Shown: positions 18,551 through 28,595, counted from the stretch's first letter. The stretch is DNA of 64,000 bases from an uncultured Candidatus Saccharibacteria bacterium (GCA_964355645.1 CAYHDI010000003.1:887-64886); one strand, 5' to 3'. The notes: a model not told the origin generated them from the sequence alone. Numbers and translations are program-made.

Positions 18551-19141
18551 ATGACCACTATCACTACCGCGGACATCAAAGCTCTTCGAGACGAGACAGG
18601 TCTTTCTATTATGCAATGTCGCAAAGCCTTGGAAGATGCGGGGGGAGATAACGAAAAGGCCCGTATTATTCTACAGAAAAAAGGTGGAGAAATTGCGGCC
18701 AAAAAAGGTGACAGAACCTTGGGCTCGGGTGCTGTGGCTACTTATCTCCACGCTTCAGGGGCCATAGGCACCATGGTTGAACTTTCGTGCGAGACTGATT
18801 TCGTAGCCAAAAATCCTGAATTTCAGGCCATTGCTCGAGATGTTGCCATGCAGGTCGCTGCTACCAACCCAAGCTACCTTAAACGTGAGGATATTTCAGA
18901 AGCTGATAGAATGAAGGTAGCTGAGACATTTAAATCTGAAGTAGAAGGGAAGCCAGAAGAGATGAAAGAGAAAATACTTTCAGGCAAGGTTGATTCATAC
19001 TTCGCAGACAAAGTACTTCTTGAACAGCCGTTTATCAAAGATCCTGAGAAGAAGATTATTGACCTTGTGAATGGCGCTGTGCAAAAGTTCGGTGAGAGAA
19101 CAGAGATTCGTCGCTTTGCAAGGTTCTCGGTTTCTGAATAA
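18551..19141 (+). CDS. tsf: Elongation factor Ts (short form)
   Basis: IKALRDETG, ELSCETDFVA; follows rpsB. Confidence 0.96.
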   Translation: MTTITTADIKALRDETGLSIMQCRKALEDAGGDNEKARIILQKKGGEIAAKKGDRTLGSGAVATYLHASGAIGTMVELSCETDFVAKNPEFQAIARDVAMQVAATNPSYLKREDISEADRMKVAETFKSEVEGKPEEMKEKILSGKVDSYFADKVLLEQPFIKDPEKKIIDLVNGAVQKFGERTEIRRFARFSVSE

Positions 19142-19158
19142 AATCCTTAAATAAATTT

Positions 19159-19557
19159 ATGGCTCTCATTATTATCTTTGCTCTTTCTGGAATCTGCCTA
19201 ATCATCCTTCTTTCGACCAAGATGCGCGAAATCAAGCACCAGAGAACCATTTTCCCTCTAAATTTTATTTCTAGAAGCGATCATCGAATTAGAGAAGTTT
19301 CTCATTTAGCCACGAAGCATTATTCTGAACTCAAAGAGAAAGGTGAATTTGTGTTGACCAAACAAATACCCCTGCACTCAAAAAATATTTTAAACAAAAC
19401 CAAAACTTTAATTAATGAAAAGATAGAAAAACATTTAGGAGATATTAGAAATACTAGATTACTAGGAGATAAAAAAGATGGTATTTCTGAATTCTTCAAA
19501 AATCTTTCAGACAAGGAGAATGGAGATTCCCAAAATGATTCGGATAAGGTAGAGTAA
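19159..19557 (+). CDS. Hypothetical membrane-anchored protein
   Basis: 132-aa ORF with N-terminal hydrophobic helix. Confidence 0.7.
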   Translation: MALIIIFALSGICLIILLSTKMREIKHQRTIFPLNFISRSDHRIREVSHLATKHYSELKEKGEFVLTKQIPLHSKNILNKTKTLINEKIEKHLGDIRNTRLLGDKKDGISEFFKNLSDKENGDSQNDSDKVE

Positions 19558-19568
19558 GACAACGCCAC

Positions 19569-19620
19569 TTCCGACGCTTCTGTTGAAGGTCGGAACCCCG
19601 ACCACTGTGTGCGTCGGGGC
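19569..19620. repeat. Double-hairpin element, family A (intergenic, directly upstream of the GIY-YIG gene)
   Basis: ttccgac..gtcggaa + ccccgac-cactgtgtgc-gtcgggg; second hairpin is 21/22 identical to the copy inside rpoD. Confidence 0.85.
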
Positions 19621-19629
19621 TTAGCCAAA

Positions 19630-19890
19630 ATGCCATTTGTTTATATACTCAAAAGTTCTTCAGGTAAGTATTATGTAGGTAGCACTCTAGATCTTAGAAA
19701 GAGATTGAGAGATCATCGTAGTGGCCAAACATATTCAACAAATAGGATGGGAGAGTTAAATTTGATTTTTTCTCAAGAATACTCTAGTCTAAGTGATGCT
19801 CGTTCAGTTGAGAGAAAACTTAAGAAACTAAAAAGGAGGGACTACATTGAGAATATCATTAATGAAGGAAAGATTAAGTTGAGACCGTAA
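19630..19890 (+). CDS. Small GIY-YIG nuclease (UPF0213/YhbQ-like)
   Basis: FVYIL...YYVGST.DL..RL..H..G, ERKLK; 86 aa. Confidence 0.9.
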   Translation: MPFVYILKSSSGKYYVGSTLDLRKRLRDHRSGQTYSTNRMGELNLIFSQEYSSLSDARSVERKLKKLKRRDYIENIINEGKIKLRP

Positions 19891-19893
19891 ATT

Positions 19894-19966
19894 GCCACCT
19901 TAGCTCAGTTGGTAGAGCAACGCTTTTGTAAAGCGAAGGTCCCCAGTTCAAGTCTGGGAGGTGGCT
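19894..19966 (+). tRNA. tRNA-Thr(UGU)
   Basis: gccacct/aggtggc acceptor stem, D arm agctcagttggtagagc, anticodon loop tt-TGT-aa, T loop ttcaagt. Confidence 0.95.
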
Positions 19967-19975
19967 CTAGTTTCT

Positions 19976-21508
19976 ATGGATTATATACACACACCATATT
20001 TTAGAGTTGGTCGGGCCAGTGATCTGCAGGGCACTGATAAATTGATTTACCGTTTGCTTGAAATTTTACCCGGTTTCCTCTCGTGGGGGACAATCTTGGG
20101 AACAATTTTTCTCTCTTTGTTTTTTCCTGTCTTTGCGGCTTATTTTATTATCGCTTTTGATACTTATTGGATTCTCAAGACGGCTTACTTGTCATTTCAT
20201 CTTCGCCACAATTGGAAACGTATTAAATTCAATCTGGCATTGAATTGGAGAGAAATGCTTTCAAAAGTGAAATATGAACATATTTTTCATTTAATTATTT
20301 TGCCGTACTACACAGAGGATCTTGTCGTTGTTGAGCACAGCGTCAAAGCGCTTTTAGAAACTGACTATGACAAGAGTAAAATGATTTTGGTTTTAGCCAC
20401 AGAAGAGAAAGGCGGAGAAAAACCCCAAGAAATAGCCAAATTTATAGAAAAACATTATGGAAGTAAGTTCGGATATTTCTTAACCACCGTTCATCCAAAA
20501 GACACATTGGGTGAAATGCCGGGCAAGGGTTCAAATATATCTTATGCTGCTGAGGAAGCGAGAAAATTAATACTTGATGAACACAATTTATCGTACAGAG
20601 ATATTGTTGTCTCTGCTTTTGATGTGGATACGGTGGCGTATAAGGAGTATTTCCTTTGTTTGACGTGGCATTTTCTCACCAACCCGAATCCTTTCAAAGT
20701 TTCTTTCCAGCCTGTGCCGTTTTATAACAACAACATTTGGTATGCCCCCGCTTTTTCTAGAGTAGCAGCGGGTTCAAGCACTTTCTGGCAAATGATGCAG
20801 CAAGAACGTCCAGAAAAATTGGCTACTTTCTCTTCTCATTCTGTGAGTTTCCAATCTTTATACGAAATAGGGTATTGGCAGAAAAATATGGTGTCTGAAG
20901 ATTCGCGCATCTTCTGGAATCTTTTCCTAGCTCACAACGGTGACTATAGTGTTGTGCCTCTGTCTTACCCTGTATCCATGGATGCTAATTTGGCTCCGAC
21001 TACATGGCAAACTGTCAAAAATATTTATAAACAACACAGACGTTGGGCTTGGGGTGTGGAAAATATTCCTTATATGCTTTTTGGATTTATAAAAAACAAA
21101 AAAATTCCTTGGGGGACAAAATTGAGAGCATCTTTTGTTCAGGTGGAAGGTTTTTGGTCTCTGGCTACGAACCCACTCATGATATTTATGCTTGGCTGGT
21201 TGCCGGTAATGCTCGGTGGTATGCGTTTTAATCAAACCATTCTCTCGTATAACCTTCCTATGTTCACTCGTAATATGATGTTTTTTGCCATGATTGGTTT
21301 GGTTCTTTCTGCTATGATTTATATCTCCTTTCTCCCCGAAAGGCCCAAAAATTTCAAGGGGACAAATAAACTTTTTATGATTTTGCAATGGCTTTTGATA
21401 CCCATAACCATTACTATTTTCGGAGCTATTCCTGGGCTTGATGCTCAAACTCGTTTGATGCTCGGGCGATATATGGGATTTTGGGTTACTCCCAAATATA
21501 GAAAATAA
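19976..21508 (+). CDS. Membrane-integrated processive GT2 glycosyltransferase
   Basis: FDVD, SED and QHRRW (QxxRW) motifs; N- and C-terminal TM helices. Confidence 0.9.
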   Translation: MDYIHTPYFRVGRASDLQGTDKLIYRLLEILPGFLSWGTILGTIFLSLFFPVFAAYFIIAFDTYWILKTAYLSFHLRHNWKRIKFNLALNWREMLSKVKYEHIFHLIILPYYTEDLVVVEHSVKALLETDYDKSKMILVLATEEKGGEKPQEIAKFIEKHYGSKFGYFLTTVHPKDTLGEMPGKGSNISYAAEEARKLILDEHNLSYRDIVVSAFDVDTVAYKEYFLCLTWHFLTNPNPFKVSFQPVPFYNNNIWYAPAFSRVAAGSSTFWQMMQQERPEKLATFSSHSVSFQSLYEIGYWQKNMVSEDSRIFWNLFLAHNGDYSVVPLSYPVSMDANLAPTTWQTVKNIYKQHRRWAWGVENIPYMLFGFIKNKKIPWGTKLRASFVQVEGFWSLATNPLMIFMLGWLPVMLGGMRFNQTILSYNLPMFTRNMMFFAMIGLVLSAMIYISFLPERPKNFKGTNKLFMILQWLLIPITITIFGAIPGLDAQTRLMLGRYMGFWVTPKYRK

Positions 21509-21511
21509 TTT

Positions 21512-22375
21512 ATGATGCAACCACTCTCAAGGAACAAAAGACGAGGATATATTTTCTTTTTCTCTCTACTTTTTATTATTATTACCCCGATCCTGATTCT
21601 CTATGCCACGGGCTATAGGTTCACCGATACTTTCTCTCTTGGGCGAACGGGCGGGCTATATATCAGCACTAATCAATCTGGGGTGCAAATTTATGTTAAT
21701 AATAAATTAATAAGAGAGACCGGTATTTTCCAGAAAAATATTTTTGTCCAGAATCTTAAACCAGGCACCTTTGCCATTGAGACTCGCAAGGATGGGTTCA
21801 TCTCTTGGAAAAAAGAATTAATGATATATCCAGAAACTGTCGCAGAAGCGCGCACTTTTATGTTGCCCAATGATGTCATTTTGAATGAAATATTGCCCTT
21901 TGTAGATACAGATGGTACTCCAACGACTTCTCTCACAATTCTAAAAACCAAAAATCCTGAATTTACAGACATTACCTCGATTTTTTTGCCTCCAAAAATA
22001 ACAAAAAAAAGTGCTACCACGACACTTGATACCAAAATTCTTGGAAAACTTTATTTGAAAAAAATATCAGGGAAACTCCATGCAAGCTGGATGGGGAATC
22101 AGGATGAAAGGCCTTTATATTTTTGTATAAATAATATATGTAGAAATGAAATAATTATTCAAACATCCTCCTCCGTGAGATCGTTTGATTTTTTCCCCGG
22201 GCGTTCTGATTTGGTGATTGTCGTTCTTGATTCTGGAATATACGTTACAGAAATTGACGACAGTCCAGGACAAAATACCCAACCAATCCTTAATGGTACG
22301 AATTTAGACATGCGAGTGAAAGATAATATTGTGTACATCAAGAAGGAGGTAACTCTGTATTCCGTGTCTCTATAA
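21512..22375 (+). CDS. Membrane-anchored PEGA-domain protein
   Basis: TM helix, YATGYR, GGLYISTN..GVQIYVN..LKPGTF.IE.RKDGF..W. Confidence 0.75.
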   Translation: MMQPLSRNKRRGYIFFFSLLFIIITPILILYATGYRFTDTFSLGRTGGLYISTNQSGVQIYVNNKLIRETGIFQKNIFVQNLKPGTFAIETRKDGFISWKKELMIYPETVAEARTFMLPNDVILNEILPFVDTDGTPTTSLTILKTKNPEFTDITSIFLPPKITKKSATTTLDTKILGKLYLKKISGKLHASWMGNQDERPLYFCINNICRNEIIIQTSSSVRSFDFFPGRSDLVIVVLDSGIYVTEIDDSPGQNTQPILNGTNLDMRVKDNIVYIKKEVTLYSVSL

Positions 22376-22426
22376 ATAAATTTATTGCTTGCAATTTATA
22401 AGCCAATAAGCTATTGTCGAAAAGTA

Positions 22427-22489
22427 ATGAAAAGACAGGTCAATTCACAGGCATTCTTTTTTACCAGCCACATACAGGTGGGGCGGTAA
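22427..22489 (+). CDS. Putative Phe leader peptide MKRQVNSQAFFFTSHIQVGR
   Basis: Three consecutive Phe codons (ttc ttt ttt) followed by a terminator, upstream of pheS. Confidence 0.65.
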   Translation: MKRQVNSQAFFFTSHIQVGR

Positions 22490-22507
22490 TTTCTTTTGGA
22501 TAAATAT

Positions 22508-22538
22508 AAAAACCGACCTCACGAGGGGTCGGTTTTTT
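22508..22538 (+). terminator. Attenuator terminator
   Basis: aaaaaccgacc-tcacgagg-ggtcggtttttt. Confidence 0.8.
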
Positions 22539-22610
22539 GTTGGTGGTGAGTGGTGACGGAATGAATTGTTCGTTCCGTCACGGGTTCCCCAACCAAGCCA
22601 GGAGGATCAA

Positions 22611-22832
22611 ATGAACACAAGATGCAGTAAATCATCAACCGGATTTCACACTTTCGTGCAGGAAGTTGAACTTCCAGGAAAGTGCTGGAGACGGAGAGAA
22701 AAAGACGAAAGATTTCTTCCATTCACCAATAGTCGTATGTATTGCACTGCCTGTCATTTCACCACAGATATTGTCACATATGGATATGATGGAGGTAGAA
22801 AGATAGGCTGTCGCTCGGCATTTGGATTTTAG
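22611..22832 (+). CDS. Small Cys/His-rich hypothetical protein
   Basis: GGAGG SD before ATG 22611; C..H and CTAC motifs; 73 aa. Confidence 0.5.
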   Translation: MNTRCSKSSTGFHTFVQEVELPGKCWRRREKDERFLPFTNSRMYCTACHFTTDIVTYGYDGGRKIGCRSAFGF

Positions 22833-22891
22833 GGGAATGTTGGGGTAGTGCCGTACCATTACCCCTTTTTATAAGTTATAATTGGAAATCA

Positions 22892-24040
22892 ATGAAGGAA
22901 ATATACAAAATATCATTAGAAGAACAAAAAAAGCTCATAGAAAAGCTTGGAGAACGACACGACGCTGAAGCCATGCGCATCAAACACTATTTAACCATGC
23001 CAGACCTTTCTCGTACCTCCGGTAGCCCTATTGGTGAGGTGGTACAGCGTGTTTTAGCTTCTCCATATTTTAAGGATTTGGATGTCATAGAAGTGCCTGA
23101 AATAGTCCCTGCCGATATAAGCTTCGACCTGTTCGACTTTCCAGCAGATCATCCAGCTCGTTCCAAGTCAGATACATATTATGTAGATGATAAAAATATT
23201 CTTCGTACACATACTACAGTGATGTGGTATTACTATTTGCAACAGCCGGATGTTAAGAAACGCATGAACGCAGGTGAGCCAGTTGGCTGTTTCAGTTTTG
23301 GTAAGGTGTATCGCAAGGATGAAATAGATCGTCATCATATGAATGTCTTCCATCAAATGGACGGTTGGTATCTCATACCTAAAGATAAAAAAATAATTGG
23401 CATTGAAGATTTGAAAGACGCACTACTGGCTATTGCTACTGCGGTGTTCGGATCTAATGTCAAATATAGATTCAATCCTGATACTTTCCCATACACTGAT
23501 CCGTCCTTAGATATGGAAATAGATAAAAGTGGCAAATGGTTGGAAGTCTTGGGCAGTGGGGTGGTCAAAGGTAGTGTTCTCGAGAAATTTGGCGTGGATT
23601 CTTCCAAATGGAATGGTTGGGCATTCGGTCCTGGAGTTGAGCGTTTGGCTATGGTTAGTATGGAGCTTCCGGATATTCGTTTGCTTTGGTCCGAAGATGA
23701 AAGAATCAAAAAACAACTTAAATTAGGCAATAAATTCAAAGAAGTAAGCAAGTTTCCTCCGATTGTTCGAGATATTTCTTTCGTAGTGAACAAAGATTTC
23801 ATCCCAAACAATTATTTCGATGCTATTCGAGATGTTGGTGGGGATTTGGTCGAAGAGGTGGAGCTTGTGGATAAATACGAAAATGTTGAGAAGTTCGGTG
23901 AAGGTAAGGTGAGCTATACTTTCAGGATTACTTATCGTGATTTAAACAGAACCCTCACGAACGCTGAAGTGAATGAATTGCACGCGAAGATTGAAAAAGT
24001 CACAACCGACGATTTCGGCGGTTTAATCCGGATCGCATGA
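22892..24040 (+). CDS. pheS: Phenylalanyl-tRNA synthetase, monomeric type (catalytic domain fused to FDX-ACB anticodon-binding domain)
   Basis: HPARSKSDTYY, LRTHTT, VYRKDEID..H..FHQ, FPYTDPS, WAFG.GVERLAM, then SKFPPIVRDISF...SYTFRITYR...RTLT. Confidence 0.92.
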   Translation: MKEIYKISLEEQKKLIEKLGERHDAEAMRIKHYLTMPDLSRTSGSPIGEVVQRVLASPYFKDLDVIEVPEIVPADISFDLFDFPADHPARSKSDTYYVDDKNILRTHTTVMWYYYLQQPDVKKRMNAGEPVGCFSFGKVYRKDEIDRHHMNVFHQMDGWYLIPKDKKIIGIEDLKDALLAIATAVFGSNVKYRFNPDTFPYTDPSLDMEIDKSGKWLEVLGSGVVKGSVLEKFGVDSSKWNGWAFGPGVERLAMVSMELPDIRLLWSEDERIKKQLKLGNKFKEVSKFPPIVRDISFVVNKDFIPNNYFDAIRDVGGDLVEEVELVDKYENVEKFGEGKVSYTFRITYRDLNRTLTNAEVNELHAKIEKVTTDDFGGLIRIA

Positions 24041-24714
24041 GAGAACCTTGGATATACAGAGTTGGGTTGGCTGAAGATGAAGTAAGCAGAGAGGCCTTAG
24101 AAAAAAGTGGTTTCAGATTTTCTGTAGTTGAACCGAGAGAACAGATTGTTTCTTCAGTGAAATCTGTGATAGGCAGACCATATAAACGTGGAGCAAGTGT
24201 TCTCAAGGATGCACCGAACTTCTTTGATTGTTCGTCTCTCTCTGCTTGGACTGCAGTAGAATCTGGCCTTGCTATTCCAAGGATTTCTATTGATCAATAT
24301 GTCTTTTCTAAAAGAATTAACAAAGAAGATTTAAAACCAGGAGATTTGGTTTTTGTTAATACTGGAAATATTATTCACACAGACGGGACGTATTTTTCTC
24401 AGGTTTTAGGAAAGAATGTTTATGAAGAATCTATTCGAAGAGAAACGTTAGAATATTTGCCTGGTACAAAAGTTCCCGAAGGAGTAGATCATGTCGGAAT
24501 TTATATTGGAGACGGGAAAATTATTCACTCATCCTTTTCTGCAAACGGGGTGACGGAAGATACTCTTGAAGGTGGAAAATTTAGTAACGTTGTCGGTTTC
24601 GGAAGAATAATAAACGATGAAAAAATGAGATTTGTGATAGAAATTCCAGAGGATAGACCTGATTTACGTAAAAAAGAGAATTTGATAAAAGAACTTACTG
24701 GTTTCGTGGGCTAA
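24037..24714 (+). CDS. NlpC/P60-family peptidase
   Basis: GRPY..G, FDCSSL, LKPGDLVF, HVGIYIGDGKIIHS. Confidence 0.85.
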   Translation: MREPWIYRVGLAEDEVSREALEKSGFRFSVVEPREQIVSSVKSVIGRPYKRGASVLKDAPNFFDCSSLSAWTAVESGLAIPRISIDQYVFSKRINKEDLKPGDLVFVNTGNIIHTDGTYFSQVLGKNVYEESIRRETLEYLPGTKVPEGVDHVGIYIGDGKIIHSSFSANGVTEDTLEGGKFSNVVGFGRIINDEKMRFVIEIPEDRPDLRKKENLIKELTGFVG

Positions 24715-24787
24715 TTGAGCCATATTTCTCCACTTTTAGTGCTTCCATTTTGACTGGCATTTTGCTATAATTGTGGGTACAAAACAC

Positions 24788-26860
24788 ATGGCCAAAGACA
24801 AGGACGAAAAGAAAAAAAGCTCGAATTATAGCGCTGAATCGATTACTGTCCTTGAGGGCCTTGATCCTGTGCGTCGCCGACCGGGTATGTATATTGGGAC
24901 CACGGGTCCTGAAGGTCTTCACCATCTTGTTTGGGAAATTTTTGATAACTCACGCGATGAAGCGATGGGCGGATTTGCGAATGATATAGAAGTGACTCTC
25001 CTACCTGATTCAAAGATTCGTGTGGTAGATAATGGTCGAGGCATTCCTGTTGACATTCATAAACAAACAAAAGTTTCTGCCTTGGAAACCATCATGACCA
25101 CTCTTCATGCCGGAGGGAAATTCGGGGGTGAAGGATACAAAGTTTCAGGTGGTTTGCACGGGGTGGGGGCATCAGTGGTGAATGCTCTTTCTATTTATTG
25201 TAGAGCCGAAGTGCACAAAGATGGCGGAATCTATGTCCAGGAGTACGCGATGGGCAAGAAAAAATCTGCGGTGAAGAAAATTGGTACTACCAAACACAAC
25301 GGAACGATTATTACTTTTCAACCGGATCAATCAATCTTTCCTGAAATTAATTTTAGTTTCGAACAAATTGTCAACCATCTTCGACAACAAGCCTATTTGG
25401 TCAAGGGTATGCGTATAAACATCATTGATGCCCGTGCGGAAACGAAGATTAAAGATACCGAAGTGTTTTATATTCGTGAACTTGAGCTCGAGGTACCGTC
25501 GGTCTCATTTTATTTTGAAGGAGGGCTTATGTCCCTTGTGAGATTTGAAAATGATTTGCAGAAACCGATTCACAAAAATATTTTTTATGTAGAGAAAAAT
25601 TCTAATGGTAATGATTATGAGACAGTAGAAGTTGCGCTCCAATACGTAGATGACATTTCGTCGCGCATTCTCCCATTCGCGAACAATATTTATAATGCCG
25701 AGGGAGGCACCCATGTCACTGGATTTAAAACCACATTGACGAGAACCTTGAATACATATGCTCGCAAGAATAATTTAATAAGCGAGAAGGAGGACAATTT
25801 CACTGGAGACGATGTCCTCGAAGGTCTCACCGCTGTGATTTCTATTAAGCTTCGAGAAATTCAGTTTGAAGGTCAAACGAAGGGCAAGCTCGGCTCTGTC
25901 GAGGCTCAGGGAATGGTCACTACGGTCTTCGGAGACGCTTTCGGCATGTTCCTCGAGGAAAACCCAGATGATGCCAAGGCTATTATCCAGAAGGTAGTTT
26001 TGGCCCTTAAGGCCCGCAAAGCGGCCAAGGCAGCCAAGGACAGTGTTCTCCGCAAGGGGGCACTCGAAGGGATGACTCTCCCGGGCAAATTGGCGGATTG
26101 TCAGTCAAAGAGCGCCGAGGAATCAGAGTTGTTTATTGTAGAAGGAGATTCTGCCGGCGGTACAGCGAAGATGGGTCGCGATAGGAAAACTCAAGCTATT
26201 CTCCCACTCCGAGGGAAAATTTTAAACATTGAACGTGCACGACTTGATCGAATGCTCGCTTCAGAACAAATTAAAAACCTCGTGGTGGCTTTCGGTACAG
26301 CCATCGGAGATACGTTTGATATTTCTAAACTTCGCTATCACAAAATTATTATTGCCACGGATGCTGATGTGGACGGCGCACATATTTGCACACTTCTCCT
26401 GACTCTTTTGTATAGATTCTTTAGACCAATGATTGATGCAGGATATATTTATATTGCTCAACCACCTTTGTTTAAGATTCGCAAAGGCAAAGAGATTTTT
26501 TATGCTTATTCGGATGAAGAGCGAGACAAGATAGTGGGTAAAGATGTAAATGTCGAAGAAATTGAAGCCCCGACGCTCGTCGAAGACGAGGCCGGGGTCC
26601 CGTCTCCTGATGATGATCAGGACGTCGGGAAAAACAAAAAAACAAAAGTTTCTATTCAAAGATATAAAGGTCTCGGAGAGATGAACTCGGATGAACTCTG
26701 GGAAACAACCATGGACCCGAAGGTTCGAATTTTGAAACAAGTGATGATAGAGGATGCTCGCGAAGCAGACAAAGTATTCGACATCCTCATGGGCATGGAT
26801 GTACCATCCAGAAAATCTTTTATTCAAACGAATGCCAAGAAGGCTACGATTGATGTGTAA
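24788..26860 (+). CDS. gyrB: DNA gyrase subunit B
   Basis: VRRRPGMYIG, DNGRGIP, VEGDSAGG, PLRGK, DADVDG, QRYKGLGEM. Confidence 0.96.
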   Translation: MAKDKDEKKKSSNYSAESITVLEGLDPVRRRPGMYIGTTGPEGLHHLVWEIFDNSRDEAMGGFANDIEVTLLPDSKIRVVDNGRGIPVDIHKQTKVSALETIMTTLHAGGKFGGEGYKVSGGLHGVGASVVNALSIYCRAEVHKDGGIYVQEYAMGKKKSAVKKIGTTKHNGTIITFQPDQSIFPEINFSFEQIVNHLRQQAYLVKGMRINIIDARAETKIKDTEVFYIRELELEVPSVSFYFEGGLMSLVRFENDLQKPIHKNIFYVEKNSNGNDYETVEVALQYVDDISSRILPFANNIYNAEGGTHVTGFKTTLTRTLNTYARKNNLISEKEDNFTGDDVLEGLTAVISIKLREIQFEGQTKGKLGSVEAQGMVTTVFGDAFGMFLEENPDDAKAIIQKVVLALKARKAAKAAKDSVLRKGALEGMTLPGKLADCQSKSAEESELFIVEGDSAGGTAKMGRDRKTQAILPLRGKILNIERARLDRMLASEQIKNLVVAFGTAIGDTFDISKLRYHKIIIATDADVDGAHICTLLLTLLYRFFRPMIDAGYIYIAQPPLFKIRKGKEIFYAYSDEERDKIVGKDVNVEEIEAPTLVEDEAGVPSPDDDQDVGKNKKTKVSIQRYKGLGEMNSDELWETTMDPKVRILKQVMIEDAREADKVFDILMGMDVPSRKSFIQTNAKKATIDV
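26567..26630 (+). repeat. Family A element in frame within gyrB
   Basis: gccccgacgc..gccggggtcccg..cgtcggga; encodes APTLVEDEAGVPSPDDDQDVG. Confidence 0.85.
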
Positions 26861-28595
26861 TCTTTCTGTTTTTAATTTCTTCCTTAAGTTTAGAAACTAA
26901 TTCTTCAGCAGACATTTGGCCGAGGTTACCGTTGTCTCTTGATTCGAGAGTGATCTTGTTGGCTTCGATTTCTTTGTCTCCAATCACAATCCAATACGGA
27001 AGTTTTTGATTCTTCGCCTCGCGGACTTTACCTCCGAGGTTTTCATCCTCACCATCAAATTCTGCGCGGATATTATTTTCTTTTAATAGATTGAAAACTT
27101 TTTCGGCATATTCGGTGTGATTCGTGCGGACAGGAATGACTTTCACTTGCACAGGTGCGAGCCAGAGAGGGAAGTTGCCAGCGAAGCTTTCAATGAGAAT
27201 CATAATAAACCTTTCAGGAGAACCGATGATGGCCCGATGGAGCATCACAGGTCTCTTTTCTTGGCCATCCTTGTCTGTGTATTTCAAATCAAATCTTTCA
27301 GGCATGACGAAATCAATTTGAACTGTAGAAAGTTGCCATTCTCTCCCGAGGGCATCAGTCACGAGCAAATCCATTTTCGGAGCATAGAAAGCGGCCTCAC
27401 CAGGGCCATCAACATATTCAATCTTGTTGCGCTTCATAATGTCTTCAGCCCATTTCTCTACTCTATCCCATGTTTTCGGATCACCGAGATAACTATCAAG
27501 TTTCTTCGGATCTCTAGTCGACAATCTGTATTTATATTTAAAACCGAAAGTCTCCATCACTTTCTTCGTCATACTCAGGGCCGTATCTACTTCAAAATCA
27601 ACCTGATCTTCTCTACAGAATATGTGGCAATCATCTTGAGAAAATGAACGCACTCGAGCCAGTCCACTCAACTCTCCCGGTCGTTCATCTCGATAAAGCA
27701 TGGCGAAATCCGTGTAGCGTAGAGGCAAATCTCTGTAGCTTCTCGGCTGGCTCGCATAAATTTGGGTATGTTGGGGACAATTCATCGGCTTCAAAAAGAA
27801 TTCCTCGTCAGAATAATTTGAAACCACTCTGAACATATCGTCTTTGTATTTGTTGTAGTGTCCAGAGATTTTGAATAATTCGGCCTTGGCAATTTGTGGA
27901 GTCCACACTTGCGTATAACCTTCTTTCGTTTGCAATTCTTCAATATATTCATTCAACAGTCTGCGAATCAAAGCTCCGCGTGGAGTGTACAAAGGCAAAC
28001 CACTCCCTATGTGTTCAGAAAAGGTAAACAAATCAAGTTCCTTACCCAATTTTCGGTGATCACGTTTCCTCGCTTCATCCTGTTGGGTCTCATAAGTCTC
28101 TAATTCTTCTTTGGTATCAAAAGCCAATCCATAAATACGCGTGAGCATTTTGTTCTTCTCATCTCCACGCCAATATGCACCGGCTACGCGCGAAAGTTTG
28201 AAGGCATCCATAGAAACATTTTTCATATCATCCACATGTCCTCCTCGGCAAAGGTCAGTAAATTTGCCTGATGTATAAAGAGTGATGGGTTCACCTTTAG
28301 AAACAATTTCATCTATAAGTTCAAGTTTATAAGGATTCCCCTTGAAAACTTCCTTGGCTTCCTTTTCAGTCACATCTTTCTTTTCGAAACTCGTCCAAGT
28401 ATTCGAAAGCTTTTTCATTTTCTTTTCTATGTCTTTCAGAGCACTCTCTGGTAGTGGGGAAGAGAATTCAAAGTCGTAGTAAAAGCCATTCTCAATAGCT
28501 GGCCCAATAGTATTTTTGGTATCCGGATAAAGCTCTAAAACCGCCGCCGCAAGTAGGTGGGCCAAGGAGTGCCGTTTGTTTTCTATATCATTCAT
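26844..28595 (-). CDS. thrS: Threonyl-tRNA synthetase (no N-terminal TGS domain)
   Basis: RHSLAH, DLCRGGH, RDHRKLG, KPMNCP, HRAIIGS.ERF. Confidence 0.97.
   Translation of the reverse strand: MNDIENKRHSLAHLLAAAVLELYPDTKNTIGPAIENGFYYDFEFSSPLPESALKDIEKKMKKLSNTWTSFEKKDVTEKEAKEVFKGNPYKLELIDEIVSKGEPITLYTSGKFTDLCRGGHVDDMKNVSMDAFKLSRVAGAYWRGDEKNKMLTRIYGLAFDTKEELETYETQQDEARKRDHRKLGKELDLFTFSEHIGSGLPLYTPRGALIRRLLNEYIEELQTKEGYTQVWTPQIAKAELFKISGHYNKYKDDMFRVVSNYSDEEFFLKPMNCPQHTQIYASQPRSYRDLPLRYTDFAMLYRDERPGELSGLARVRSFSQDDCHIFCREDQVDFEVDTALSMTKKVMETFGFKYKYRLSTRDPKKLDSYLGDPKTWDRVEKWAEDIMKRNKIEYVDGPGEAAFYAPKMDLLVTDALGREWQLSTVQIDFVMPERFDLKYTDKDGQEKRPVMLHRAIIGSPERFIMILIESFAGNFPLWLAPVQVKVIPVRTNHTEYAEKVFNLLKENNIRAEFDGEDENLGGKVREAKNQKLPYWIVIGDKEIEANKITLESRDNGNLGQMSAEELVSKLKEEIKNRKITHQS

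Noticed and set aside
19630-19966. tRNA-Thr as an integration site of a prophage or island
   Set aside because: No integrase and no duplicated tRNA 3' end were noticed in the window.
20927-21520. Long antisense ORFs (also 26261-26827, 29565-30164, 36931-37518, 37540-38097)
   Set aside because: Shadows of well-supported genes on the opposite strand, with no recognisable motifs.
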